Source: Myxococcota bacterium
GTDB taxonomy: Bacteria > Myxococcota_A > SURF-8 > G963663525
Direction of reading: 5' to 3'
NCBI GenBank assembly: GCA_963676915.2
Contig: CAXXVK010000033.1
Location: 1 to 64,000 of the forward strand
DNA: 64,000 bases
Position numbers and translations under genes: made by a program. How positions within the stretch are numbered: position 1 is the stretch's first letter; each line of letters starts with the position of its first letter. The notes under the pieces are model-generated. The model saw only the letters and a list, made by a program, of their open reading frames with translations. It did not search any database and was not told the origin of the DNA. This document shows, in pieces, positions 30,925 to 40,560 of the stretch.

Positions 30925-31884
30925 ATGCGTCCGATCCTTGTTTCTTTCACTTTGCCTCTCATCGATTACCCCATAACCATTTACGGCTACGGAGTCATGC
31001 TTGGTCTGAGCTTCGTGCTGGGTTGGTATTTGACGCTATATCTTGCGTCTCGCAGGAAGCTGGACGACAATCCTTTGTACATCGCAATGACGCTCGCCGC
31101 CTTTGGCTCGCTGGTTGGGGCGAGACTCGTGTATGTGTTGGCAAATCCCGAGGAAAGCTGGTCACTTGCCGACTTCTTCAATTTCCAGCGGGGGGGGATG
31201 GTCGCTTATGGCGGATACCTGGGCGGTATTGCCTGCGGCGTTCTGTACGTTGCGTGGAAAAAGCTGGATTACTGGACCTATCTCGATTGCGCCACCCCGG
31301 CTTTGGCTCTGGGATTAGGGCTGACTCGAATCGGTTGTTTTCTCAACGGTTGTTGCTATGGAGAGCGAACCGATTTTCTCACTGGGCTTTCGTTTCCCAA
31401 AGAAAGCCTTTGTTTCAAGCAGCATATCGAGCGTGGATTACCACTGCTGGACGAAGCCCACACACTGCCGGTGCATCCGACACAATTGTATGAATCTACT
31501 TTCGGGTTCGTGCTGTTTTTTGCATTGTTGTGGTTGACAAGCAGAACGTGGATTTCGGCGAAGGCGTTACAGGAAGATCCGACGGCTGATTCCTTCGAAG
31601 GAGGCACTCCACCCCGAACCGGTGGGAAAATATTCTTTGTATTTGCAGGAGCTTACGCTATTTGGCGTTTTCTCATCGAATTCGTACGGGACGACATGCA
31701 CCGGGGCGGATTCATCGGCATTTCAACGTCCCAGTGGATCAGTCTGCTGGCCTTCGGCTTTACGCTGTTTATGGTGCTGCACTGGCTTCCGCGTCATCCC
31801 TGGCAGCCGCCGAAAAAACGTAAAACCGCTTCCTCCAACAAGCAACGTTCCCAAAAACGCTCGAAAAAGAACCGGAAAAAATGA
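30925..31884 (+). CDS. lgt: Prolipoprotein diacylglyceryl transferase
   Basis: YGVM, GARLVY, GGMVAYGG, RIGCFLNGCCYG, HPTQLYE and RFLIEFVR motifs. Confidence 0.93.
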   Translation: MRPILVSFTLPLIDYPITIYGYGVMLGLSFVLGWYLTLYLASRRKLDDNPLYIAMTLAAFGSLVGARLVYVLANPEESWSLADFFNFQRGGMVAYGGYLGGIACGVLYVAWKKLDYWTYLDCATPALALGLGLTRIGCFLNGCCYGERTDFLTGLSFPKESLCFKQHIERGLPLLDEAHTLPVHPTQLYESTFGFVLFFALLWLTSRTWISAKALQEDPTADSFEGGTPPRTGGKIFFVFAGAYAIWRFLIEFVRDDMHRGGFIGISTSQWISLLAFGFTLFMVLHWLPRHPWQPPKKRKTASSNKQRSQKRSKKNRKK

Positions 31885-31885
31885 T

Positions 31886-31910
31886 AGGACGGGGATGTAA
31901 TCCCTGTCCT
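31886..31910. terminator. Hairpin between convergent lgt and the flagellar operon
   Basis: AGGACGGGGAT-GTA-ATCCCTGTCCT. Confidence 0.55.
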
Positions 31911-31969
31911 TCAAAATCGGAAATCTGTAGAGATGCGAATTTGGCTTTTGGTTGAATTGCTGTTTTGTG

Positions 31970-32335
31970 TCAGATGCGACCGTCGAGAATTTTTGTGTTT
32001 TTTCCTGTGGGTTGCAAAAAGGCGTTGCGTACTTTGTTTCCGGCTTTGAAGGACGCGAGGAATTTCCCAAGATCGCCTTTCAGACCATCGAGACACAAAG
32101 AAACTTCTTTTTCCCACTCGTTGATTTTTTCAAGGCGCTTCCGTCGTTCGTTCAGGGGGAGTGGTTCGCTTTTGAAAACCCCTTTTTGCGCGGCTTTTAG
32201 CAGCTTTGCTCGAAGTTGCACGAGTTGTACGATGGCTTCGATGTCCGGTTCGGCCTGCTGCATGGCGGACATCAGCTTGCGGGTGGTCCGCTCCCAGTTG
32301 TCGCACCAGTCCTGATCAAATGGAAGTGGATGCAT
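31970..32335 (-). CDS. Small helical flagellar-operon protein, FliT-like
   Basis: About 120-aa helical ORF overlapping the fliW end; LVQLRAKLL pattern and C-terminal ILDGRI; family call tentative. Confidence 0.5.
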   Translation of the reverse strand: MHPLPFDQDWCDNWERTTRKLMSAMQQAEPDIEAIVQLVQLRAKLLKAAQKGVFKSEPLPLNERRKRLEKINEWEKEVSLCLDGLKGDLGKFLASFKAGNKVRNAFLQPTGKNTKILDGRI

Positions 32336-32831
32336 CGTTCGCTCGTTTGTTTTTCGGGGACTCCGCCATGTCGCCGACATCCTCGCGATTTTTTATCGGG
32401 ACGGGATGTCGGATGGAATAATTGCAGCGCACCAGCGGTAATTGCATTCCCAGTTTTGTGCTGAGATTGATCAGCAACGGTGCTCGCAGATTGGCGTTGA
32501 GCTGGCCGGTCGAGGCGTCGGCGCTGAGAACTACACGCATCACCACTTGCGGTTCCTCCTCGGACAACTCATCCGGGTTGACACCGATCGGGCTGAGTTC
32601 TCTGGCATCCACGGATACATCGTAGTTTTGAAACAACGCTTCCGGGTCGGCGATGATCAAAGCGATCGATCCGTCTTCCATGGATTGTATCCAATTGATC
32701 GACAGCAGGTTCTCTGGATTGAGCAGACACCATTTCCGTAAATGGGTGAATCCGGGGATTCCGTAGGGAAAATGGATGATTTTTTCGTCGGGAATATTCA
32801 GTTCTCCGAAACGGGTCGTTTGTGCGATCAT
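32316..32831 (-). CDS. fliW: Flagellar assembly factor FliW
   Basis: [17 protein letters not shown] and [10 protein letters not shown] motifs; next to csrA. Confidence 0.93.
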   Translation of the reverse strand: MIAQTTRFGELNIPDEKIIHFPYGIPGFTHLRKWCLLNPENLLSINWIQSMEDGSIALIIADPEALFQNYDVSVDARELSPIGVNPDELSEEEPQVVMRVVLSADASTGQLNANLRAPLLINLSTKLGMQLPLVRCNYSIRHPVPIKNREDVGDMAESPKNKRANDASTSI

Positions 32832-33103
32832 CGATTTCCCTCCTGGGAGCTGTCGTTGGCTTCGTCTTGTTTGGGAGCGGGTTTGGCAAACATTTCAAGT
32901 ACGGATTGGGTAACGCTTTCGGGCATCAGGGATTCCCTGTTGGCCTGTGTCATAGCTTCGAAAATTTCCTCCCGATAGACTGGAATATCATTGGGGGCTT
33001 CGATGCCCAACCGCACCTGCCGTCCGTTGACGGCTTTAACCGTAATCAGTACGTCATTTCCGATTCGAATCGCTTCGCCCGGTTTTCTCGTTAATATCAG
33101 CAT
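32828..33103 (-). CDS. csrA: Carbon storage regulator CsrA
   Basis: [28 protein letters not shown]. Confidence 0.96.
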   Translation of the reverse strand: MLILTRKPGEAIRIGNDVLITVKAVNGRQVRLGIEAPNDIPVYREEIFEAMTQANRESLMPESVTQSVLEMFAKPAPKQDEANDSSQEGNR

Positions 33104-33171
33104 TTTTTGCCCTCCTAGGCTTTTCCGGCTTCCTGCCCATGTTCACGTTTGTCATGGTTTCTCTCCTACGA

Positions 33172-34059
33172 TCAACCAAGCAAACTTGCCAAACTGAGTC
33201 CGCTCATTTGTGTGGCGGCGGATAGCGCTGCTTGCAGCCCCAGTGTCAATTCCTGCAAATGGATGCTGGCATCGATGAAATCGGTATCCCGAGTTTCCAA
33301 TAACGCGAGGTCCGCTGCAAGATCGATGTTGTCCAGCGCGGTTCGTGCGCCTTCCAGTCGGACCATCGAGTGGCCGACATTCTGTTCTACGCGTGAAACA
33401 CGAGTTCCCGCCGTCAGCAGCTTTTCATGAACTGCCTTGATCTGGTCGGAGTCGTTCGATCCCAACGCTTGGTCAAGTTCATCGAGTAACTCGAAGATGC
33501 CGTTTCCGTTTCCCGTAGAATCGAGGAACGGTTCTCCTCCGGCTACCGTGGCATCGATCGTCACACCATCGCCGATACGTACCGAGAGTTTTTCGGTATC
33601 TCCGCTGAACGTGCCGTCGGCGGCGAACGGTTGACCGCTGCTTCCCAAACCGCCGAAAATGTATCGTCCGCCCACCTGGCTGTTTCCGAGATCCACCAGC
33701 GTCTGGCGCAGGTGAGAAACGCTGACCTGCGCGGCAATCCGGTCATCCTGGTTGTAAGTGTCGTTGGACATGCGCAACGCAAGTTCCTGGGCTTCCTGGA
33801 CGCTGCTGGTGATGCTCATCATAATGCTGTCGGTGGAGTTGAGCATCTGCTCGGCTTCGTCCACATTGCGGTTGTAGCCTTCCACTTGTCGTTTGGTGGA
33901 TAGATCCTGCAATACGAGTCTTGCTGCGGCGGGATCGTCTCCCAAGCCGCTGAGCTTCTGCCCTGTCGTGATCTGTTGCTGCACCTTGAGCATTTCGCTC
34001 TGTTGATCGGAAATGCCTTTTTGAAAGGTGCTGTAAAATTGTTGGGTTGAAACTCTCAT
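33172..34059 (-). CDS. flgL: Flagellar hook-associated protein 3 FlgL
   Basis: MRVST start, TGQK..DDP, GRYIFGG and C-terminal LSL; follows flgK. Confidence 0.92.
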   Translation of the reverse strand: MRVSTQQFYSTFQKGISDQQSEMLKVQQQITTGQKLSGLGDDPAAARLVLQDLSTKRQVEGYNRNVDEAEQMLNSTDSIMMSITSSVQEAQELALRMSNDTYNQDDRIAAQVSVSHLRQTLVDLGNSQVGGRYIFGGLGSSGQPFAADGTFSGDTEKLSVRIGDGVTIDATVAGGEPFLDSTGNGNGIFELLDELDQALGSNDSDQIKAVHEKLLTAGTRVSRVEQNVGHSMVRLEGARTALDNIDLAADLALLETRDTDFIDASIHLQELTLGLQAALSAATQMSGLSLASLLG

Positions 34060-34076
34060 AATCGGTTTTGAAACCT

Positions 34077-35465
34077 TTAACGCTTCAGATCGATAATGCT
34101 ACTAACCATTTCATCGGCCACTTGAATGATTTTTGAAGCCGCATCGAACATTTGTTTCCATTCCAAGAGCGACATCAGTTCTTCATCGAGGGAAACGCCG
34201 GAGATGGATTGCTGTAATTGGGTCATGGCCGCTTCACTACTCGCTGAAACTTCTGCTGTATTTTCAGCTTGTTGCACTCGGTCGCCGAAGTTTGTCAGTA
34301 CGGATCGGACGGCGGCGAGCGGATTTTGACCGTCACTCATCGCCTCGTCTCTCAAATCGGCTAAAAGGACGGCGTTTCGGTTATCGCCGGGAACCATGGT
34401 CGGGTCTGTGGCGGCAGCGATTTTGTCGGGATCGGCGAGGATATCGGCATCGATCGTTATGGCTTTCGCCGCCCCCGAAACTTCCGTGAGTTCCGTAAAG
34501 AAATTGCGGTCTTTCTGGCTATCCAGGCCGTAGCCTTCCCGATGAACCCCATTGACCGCTTCCGCGAAATTGAAAGCGAAGGCGTCGAGTTCGTCTTGCA
34601 TTGCCTTGAGATCCTGATCTCTGGCTACAAGAGTACCACCCAATTCGCCTTCACTGATCGAATCGGTCAGATCGGTGGTGCCGCTTGTTAACGAACCGTG
34701 CACCCGCATCAGGCCGTCAGCGTCTTCGGTGGCAAGCAATTCGTGGGAAGATCCCTGATTGACCAGCGTGTAGCCGTTTTCCGTTTGAACCAACACACTG
34801 CCGTTGTTTTCGGTTGTCGTATGAATACCGATGACCTGCGCCAACTCTCCGAGAATCTGGTCTCGTCGATCCAGCAAATCGGTCGGTGTTTCATGAGAAC
34901 CAGAAATCAACGTATTCAACTCGGAGATCTGACCGGTCAAGCTATTGATTTCGTTGACGTTCGCGGTGATTCCGACGTTCAGTTCCTGGCGTACCTGTTC
35001 AATTCCCAAAGCATAAGTATTTAACTGACTCGTCAGGCTTTCCGCAGCGAATGTGACCTGATTTCGAATCGTGGCGTCCTGGGGTTGGGTAGACAGAGAT
35101 TCGAAAGCGTTGAACAACTCGTCCAGTGCAGGACTAAGTCCTTCTTCGTTCAAATCACCGAACAATGCGTCTGCTTGAGTCAGAATATTGGTTCGAGCTT
35201 CCGCCCCCGAGTTCTTCGATTTGGATTCCCTGAGGCGAAGTTCTACGGTTTCGTTGACGATACGATCCACTCCTGCGATATGCACGCCGAGATTGGCGGT
35301 AGGAGCGCTGGTCAGGTACGTGTCGGTGGATTGTAGCTGAAGGCGTTGTGCGTGATACCCTGGAGTCGAAGCGTTGGCGATGTTGTCACTGACATTCTGG
35401 ATACCGGCCCGAGCCGCTTCAAGAGCGTTTCGCCCAACATACATGATGTCGAGGTTTCCAGACAT
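34077..35465 (-). CDS. flgK: Flagellar hook-associated protein 1 FlgK
   Basis: NIANASTPGY, DLLDRRD, GDNRNA and SGVSLDEE motifs. Confidence 0.94.
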   Translation of the reverse strand: MSGNLDIMYVGRNALEAARAGIQNVSDNIANASTPGYHAQRLQLQSTDTYLTSAPTANLGVHIAGVDRIVNETVELRLRESKSKNSGAEARTNILTQADALFGDLNEEGLSPALDELFNAFESLSTQPQDATIRNQVTFAAESLTSQLNTYALGIEQVRQELNVGITANVNEINSLTGQISELNTLISGSHETPTDLLDRRDQILGELAQVIGIHTTTENNGSVLVQTENGYTLVNQGSSHELLATEDADGLMRVHGSLTSGTTDLTDSISEGELGGTLVARDQDLKAMQDELDAFAFNFAEAVNGVHREGYGLDSQKDRNFFTELTEVSGAAKAITIDADILADPDKIAAATDPTMVPGDNRNAVLLADLRDEAMSDGQNPLAAVRSVLTNFGDRVQQAENTAEVSASSEAAMTQLQQSISGVSLDEELMSLLEWKQMFDAASKIIQVADEMVSSIIDLKR

Positions 35466-35484
35466 GAAGGTTCCTGATGAGTGT

Positions 35485-35982
35485 TTAGGTATTGGTCGAG
35501 AAACAAATGGCTACAGCGCCGGATTTTCCTGTACCCCGCTGGTTGTATGTCACGGTTTGAGTACCCTTTGACACGGCTTTCAGCGTGCTGTCCACCGTGG
35601 CTAGAGCCGTTTGGAAAAATTCCCGATTGATGGCCACCTGTCTGTTGGCTTGTTCTATGGCTCTTGTGTATTCGTGCAGAACATTTATGATGCTCTCGTG
35701 TCGGTCCGCCGGGTTGGCTTCCAAAAGCAACGTGGGTAAATCACCGGGTTTTCGTTGGGTTTTCTCGATTTGAGAGGCTCGAAACGACCGGAATCTCTCG
35801 ATTTGTGCGATCAATTTTTCCTGCTGAGATACCAACTCGTGGATTTCCTTGGTTCGTCGTTCCACTGCCGCACGTCGAGTTCCTGCCGCCAGGGCCGATA
35901 GCTGTTCGAGCAGTTTCGTTTCCTGTTCGAGCTGAGCCGTAATTTCCCTTGCGGGGAATGCTTCGAACGCACCGTTTTTCAT
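35485..35982 (-). CDS. flgN: Flagellar export chaperone FlgN
   Basis: Helical protein between flgM and flgK; C-terminal TYNQRG. Confidence 0.75.
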   Translation of the reverse strand: MKNGAFEAFPAREITAQLEQETKLLEQLSALAAGTRRAAVERRTKEIHELVSQQEKLIAQIERFRSFRASQIEKTQRKPGDLPTLLLEANPADRHESIINVLHEYTRAIEQANRQVAINREFFQTALATVDSTLKAVSKGTQTVTYNQRGTGKSGAVAICFSTNT

Positions 35983-35984
35983 GG

Positions 35985-36278
35985 CTAATCCTCTAATCCG
36001 AGGTCGCCGAGCATTCGTCGGGCGATTTCATCGACGTTGGGTTCGTATTCGCCGCTGGCGATTTTAGCTCTCATTTCCTCGACACGATTCGAGAAAACGG
36101 CTTCGACTTCCTGCGCGACTTTGGAATACAGCTTGTGCATTTCTCCGGCTTTGCGCTCGAATTGCACGGCTTCGACCATCGGTGTTGCACCCTTTTGTTT
36201 TGTTTTCGCGGTGACGGCTTCATCCTTTTCCATTTGAGGAATTTTGAATGAAGACTCGGTGGGGCTGATTTTTGTCAT
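35985..36278 (-). CDS. flgM: Anti-sigma28 factor FlgM
   Basis: RVEEMRAKIASGEYEPNVDEIARRML C-terminal motif. Confidence 0.88.
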   Translation of the reverse strand: MTKISPTESSFKIPQMEKDEAVTAKTKQKGATPMVEAVQFERKAGEMHKLYSKVAQEVEAVFSNRVEEMRAKIASGEYEPNVDEIARRMLGDLGLED

Positions 36279-36314
36279 CGGATCACCTCTGGATCTCTGT
36301 TTTCTCTAAAACAC

Positions 36315-36341
36315 TAATCGGTCTTTTGAAAGGATTCTGAA
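36315..36341 (-). promoter_or_regulatory. Possible sigma28 promoter for flgM
   Basis: Minus strand TTCAGAAT-N11-ACCGATTA resembles TAAAGTTT-N11-GCCGATAA. Confidence 0.4.
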
Positions 36342-36381
36342 ATCCTAAATGCCGATTTCGTTTTCTTAGAATACCTATCGG

Positions 36382-37167
36382 TTATTCGTCACCAAGGTTT
36401 AATATTTTCTTTGGATTTGTTGGTTTTCCTTGATGATAAAGAGAGAAATGGAGGTGGGGACCGGTGCTTTGACCGGTGTTTCCAGAGTATGCAACGATTT
36501 GTCCCGCACGGACGTGTTGGCCGATTTTTACAGTGATATCACTATTGTGTGCGTATCCTGTGGTGTGTCCGTCGGGGTGTTCGATCTTCACCGTCAAGCC
36601 GCCTCGGGAGTTTTCGGTAACTTCCGAAACAACCCCGGACCAGGGAGAATGTATCGGAGTTCCGACAGGTACTGCGATATCGACACCATTGTGGAAGTGG
36701 CTTTCGCCGGTAATCGGGTGGATTCGCTCGCCGAAATCCGAAGTAATACGACCTGTAAGGGGCTGAATCGGCATTTCTCGCTCGGGGCGTTCCAACGATG
36801 CCGGTGCATAGGCGCGTTCGATCTGTCCTGCCGACGGCGAGATGTTGCCTACGGAACGATAGGCTAGGTCGCTCAATCCCACACCGCCGGAAGAAGCCCA
36901 CTGCTTGGCGACTTCCTTGCGGAACCATTCCTGATACATCTCGTTTCCCGGTGTGGCTGGAAACAAGCCTCCGGACGTATCCACCGTTTTTCCCATTTCT
37001 TCAAGCATCATTCCCAAAAACACGGCTTCGAGTTGCTGGGCAGCTTCTTTCAGTTGGGATGCGTCGCCGCTTTTTTGCGCGTACCGAGCACGTTCCATCG
37101 CTTTCATAGCCTGGGCGTCGCTGGCTTTGGCGTTGGGAAGAGCGGTTGTTGGTGCGAGTTTATCCAT
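36382..37167 (-). CDS. flgJ: FlgJ rod-binding domain fused to M23 peptidase
   Basis: LKEAAQQLEAVFLGMMLEEM..GVGLSD rod-binding motif; HNGVD, YAH and STGPHLHF M23 zinc motifs; follows flgI. Confidence 0.85.
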   Translation of the reverse strand: MDKLAPTTALPNAKASDAQAMKAMERARYAQKSGDASQLKEAAQQLEAVFLGMMLEEMGKTVDTSGGLFPATPGNEMYQEWFRKEVAKQWASSGGVGLSDLAYRSVGNISPSAGQIERAYAPASLERPEREMPIQPLTGRITSDFGERIHPITGESHFHNGVDIAVPVGTPIHSPWSGVVSEVTENSRGGLTVKIEHPDGHTTGYAHNSDITVKIGQHVRAGQIVAYSGNTGQSTGPHLHFSLYHQGKPTNPKKILNLGDE

Positions 37168-37209
37168 TATAAACCGTGTGTGTTCGGCTTTTGACGTTTC
37201 GTCGTATCA

Positions 37210-38346
37210 TTAGAGAACCTTCAGTTCCCCATTCAATGCTCCGGTAGCTTTGAGCGCTTGAAGAATGGCGATCAAATCTCTCGGTGAGGCTCCGATGGCG
37301 TTGAGCGCTTTTACGAGGTCATCCACCGTGGAGGTTTGTGGGACTTTGTACAGTTGATTGGAACCTTCCTCGACTTTGAGCGTTTTGTTCTCCGAGGTTT
37401 CCGTATTTCCGTAGGAAAGCGCAGCCGGTTGACTGATTTCCGTAGCGGTTTGAATCGCTACATCGAGGTTGCCGTGGGCAACGGCTGCCGGTCCCAACGT
37501 AACGTTTCCTCCAACCACAACCGTGCCTGTGCGTTCGTTGACGACGATACGCGCCGGATGATCGGGTACGACTTCCAGACTTTCGATTTTCGCCAGCAAT
37601 GCAACGGGCGACAACTCGCCGCCTTCTTGAGCTTCTATATAGATCGTACCGGAATTGGCTGCCTCGGCGCGTTTGTCGCCCAAGGCTTCATTGATGGCAC
37701 CGGCGATTCTGTCAGCAGTGGTGAAGTCGGATTCTTTTAACGATAACAATATCTTGCCGTCATTGACGAAGGTAGTATTGACCGTCTTTTCGATCATCGC
37801 GCCTTGGGGGATTCTTCCGACGGTAGGAACATTGCGCTTGAGGTTCGATGAACCGCGTCCGTGATCGAAACCGCCGACGATGATCGGTCCCTGCGCCAGC
37901 GCGTAGACACTGCCGTCCGCACCTTTGAGAGGAGTCATCAGCAGGGTTCCGCCTTCGAGACTGCGTGCATTGCCGAGGGCGCTGACCAGAACGTCCATGC
38001 GGTCGCCGGTGGCCTGAAACGGTTCCAATTCGGCGGTGACCATCACGGCCGCCGTGTTGGTTACGTCCAGTTTGTCCGGCTTGATGTTCAAGCCCATTCG
38101 TTTCAACAGTGAACTGAGCGATTGCGCCGTGAACGCGCTGCGCCGGGTATCGCCACTCTGCGCGAGTCCGACAACCAAGCCGTACCCAACGAGAGGATTC
38201 GACCGAACCCCTTGAATTTCCACCAGTTCCTTGATTCTCGCGGCCTGTGCCGGAGCGAAGCCCGGCAGAAGGAACGCCAGTACGATGGCGAACAGTAGAA
38301 ACGGAGCGGATAGGGTTTTGATCTTCATCGTTTGTTTCCCATTCAA
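37210..38346 (-). CDS. flgI: Flagellar P-ring protein FlgI
   Basis: RIKE..GVRSNPLVGYGLVVGL, SLEGGTLLMTPL and NERTGTVV motifs. Confidence 0.97.
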   Translation of the reverse strand: MNGKQTMKIKTLSAPFLLFAIVLAFLLPGFAPAQAARIKELVEIQGVRSNPLVGYGLVVGLAQSGDTRRSAFTAQSLSSLLKRMGLNIKPDKLDVTNTAAVMVTAELEPFQATGDRMDVLVSALGNARSLEGGTLLMTPLKGADGSVYALAQGPIIVGGFDHGRGSSNLKRNVPTVGRIPQGAMIEKTVNTTFVNDGKILLSLKESDFTTADRIAGAINEALGDKRAEAANSGTIYIEAQEGGELSPVALLAKIESLEVVPDHPARIVVNERTGTVVVGGNVTLGPAAVAHGNLDVAIQTATEISQPAALSYGNTETSENKTLKVEEGSNQLYKVPQTSTVDDLVKALNAIGASPRDLIAILQALKATGALNGELKVL

Positions 38347-38356
38347 GGGTTTCTGA

Positions 38357-39058
38357 TCAGAACGGAGAGGCGTAGTTCATGGCACGAGTAAGCCAGCCGG
38401 GATCTTGTCCTTCGCTGATGACTCCCCGACCGGTGAACTCGACCTGAGCATCGGCCAGTTTGAACGAGACGATGGAGTTGTCTCGTTCGATGTCCTGCGG
38501 ACGCGCAACGCCGCTGATGTAAAAATGATGTTCTTCACTATTCACCAGCACCACCCGATGTCCCTCGATAAACAGATTTCCGTTGGGAAATACTCGTGTT
38601 ATCGTCGCGGCGATTGTGAATTCCACTTCGTCCTTTCGGCTCGTCTTTCCATTGGCGGCGAAATCGGTCATCGAGCGTCCGGTAACCAGTTTCATCGGAT
38701 CTCCCGCGAGATTTCGTCCCAGAATTCCATTTACGTCGCCACCGACCTCCACACCTCCATCGTGATCGGTAGAGGTCGAGGTTTTACGATCTGCACTGGC
38801 GACTTCCTGAATTTGTATCGTCACAATATCGTTAACCTTGAAAGCTCGAACGTCGGTGAACAACGTGCCGCCTTCGCCGCGATCCTGCCAAAGCGACCCT
38901 TTTGCTTCACGAGCTTGTTCGGATTGTTCGAACGGTACGGGAGGTTCGTATTTTCTACGTTTGACTTCGTAAGGCTTGATATGTTTGACACAGGCCAGGC
39001 CTGACATTCCGAAGCATGTGAGGATTAGAAGAAGAAAGACTTTTGAAAGAATCTTCAT
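38357..39058 (-). CDS. flgH: Flagellar L-ring protein FlgH
   Basis: Lipobox GLAC, GSLW, LFTD, PNGNLFIEG and ISGVARPQDI motifs. Confidence 0.95.
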   Translation of the reverse strand: MKILSKVFLLLILTCFGMSGLACVKHIKPYEVKRRKYEPPVPFEQSEQAREAKGSLWQDRGEGGTLFTDVRAFKVNDIVTIQIQEVASADRKTSTSTDHDGGVEVGGDVNGILGRNLAGDPMKLVTGRSMTDFAANGKTSRKDEVEFTIAATITRVFPNGNLFIEGHRVVLVNSEEHHFYISGVARPQDIERDNSIVSFKLADAQVEFTGRGVISEGQDPGWLTRAMNYASPF

Positions 39059-39747
39059 TATTGCATCTCCATCATCGCCTGTCCGGGACCAGTCATTTCT
39101 GCTGTGAAACTACGTCCCGAGCGGGGATTGACGATCCGGACGCGCTGCCCGACAACACCGTCTTCCAGGGATTTTCCGGTCATTTGCACGACCATTTGAC
39201 CGCTACGGATCGAAACCGTGATTTTTTCGCCTCTTTTTACGGCCAAAGGCTGTTGAAGATGTCGAAGTTCGATGGCACGTCCCGCCACAAGGCGGACTTT
39301 CGCTGTGGACCCGTAAACTTGTCCCAAACACGTTGCGTAGCGGTTTCTATACGGCTTTCCCCGGACGGCAGATAGTTGGACGAGGCCGTCGTTGATGATT
39401 TCGCCGGGTTGAATATCGCGGCGTGGAACCACGCGAACCTGTGTATTGTTACGAGCAAAAACCAGCGTTCGACTGGCGACCGGACGACCATCCTTTTTTA
39501 CCTGAACCTCAACGGGGAAGTTGCGAGCACCAGGATCTTCCCCCAAAGGACGTGCCGTGTACACAATGCCTCGTCCCGGATCGGGAAGGGCGGCGAGCTT
39601 TTCTTTGGTCACGACGAAACTGGAACCCGCGTTTCGGGTCGCGCTTCGTAGCGCATCCCGCACCGCTTGAACCGGATCGCTGGACGTAAACGCCGGTTGG
39701 GCGCCTGCCGCGATCCATAACACTAAAATGGAGAAGAAGGAAGACAT
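39058..39747 (-). CDS. flgA: Flagellar P-ring chaperone FlgA
   Basis: SAF-like region, VKRGEKI, EDGVVGQRVRIVN; between flgG and flgH. Confidence 0.88.
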   Translation of the reverse strand: MSSFFSILVLWIAAGAQPAFTSSDPVQAVRDALRSATRNAGSSFVVTKEKLAALPDPGRGIVYTARPLGEDPGARNFPVEVQVKKDGRPVASRTLVFARNNTQVRVVPRRDIQPGEIINDGLVQLSAVRGKPYRNRYATCLGQVYGSTAKVRLVAGRAIELRHLQQPLAVKRGEKITVSIRSGQMVVQMTGKSLEDGVVGQRVRIVNPRSGRSFTAEMTGPGQAMMEMQ

Positions 39748-39751
39748 GGCT

Positions 39752-40537
39752 CTACCTCAGGCGGTTGGTTTCCTCTAGCATCTGGTCGGATGCCTTGATG
39801 ATTTTCGAACTGGCCTCGTAGGCACGCTGGCCCGCGATCATTTGGATCATTTCCTCGACGACACGGACGTTGCTGGACTCCAGAAAGCCCTGTGCGATGG
39901 TGCCGAAACCGTCGTATCCCGGATTCGAAACTTTGATGGCTCCCGGATCTCCGGTGATGCGATAGAGGTTACGTCCCATCGCTTCGAAAGCTCCGGTATT
40001 GACGATGTTGGCCAACTCGATTTTTCCCAGCTCGATAGGAGTTTCGCGGCTGGCTGGAGTGGCCGTGACCAGTCCGTCCGAACCGACAGTGACGCCCACC
40101 GCGTCTTCCGGGACGATAATCGCCGGTTCCAATGGATATCCATCTCCGGTGCAGAGTTGTCCTCGGCTGTCAAGCTTGAAGTTTCCGGCACGGGTATAGG
40201 CGATTTCACCACCCGGCATGCGAACCTGGAACAATCCCGAGCCTTCAATCGCCAAATCCAATTGATTCTCGGTGTTTACCAGATCTCCGGTGCTGAAATT
40301 GCGTTCAGTCGAGACGGCGCGAGTACCGTGGCCGATCTGCAAGCCGGAAGGAACCTCGGTTTCACTGGAACTGTTGACGCCGGAAACGCGAATGTTCTGG
40401 TATAAAAGATCTTGAAATTCCACCCGAGTCCGTTTGAACCCTGTGGTGTTGACGTTGGCCAGGTTGTTGGCGATAGCGTCGATTTTCAATTGCTGCGCAT
40501 GCATTCCCGTGGCAGCGGTGTGCAAGGCTCTGGGCAT
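39752..40537 (-). CDS. flgG: Flagellar basal-body rod protein FlgG
   Basis: NNLANVNTTGFK, FQDLLYQ, YTRAGNF and LESSNV..EEM motifs. Confidence 0.97.
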   Translation of the reverse strand: MPRALHTAATGMHAQQLKIDAIANNLANVNTTGFKRTRVEFQDLLYQNIRVSGVNSSSETEVPSGLQIGHGTRAVSTERNFSTGDLVNTENQLDLAIEGSGLFQVRMPGGEIAYTRAGNFKLDSRGQLCTGDGYPLEPAIIVPEDAVGVTVGSDGLVTATPASRETPIELGKIELANIVNTGAFEAMGRNLYRITGDPGAIKVSNPGYDGFGTIAQGFLESSNVRVVEEMIQMIAGQRAYEASSKIIKASDQMLEETNRLR

Positions 40538-40560
40538 GATCGTTCTCCTTTATGGGGCGG

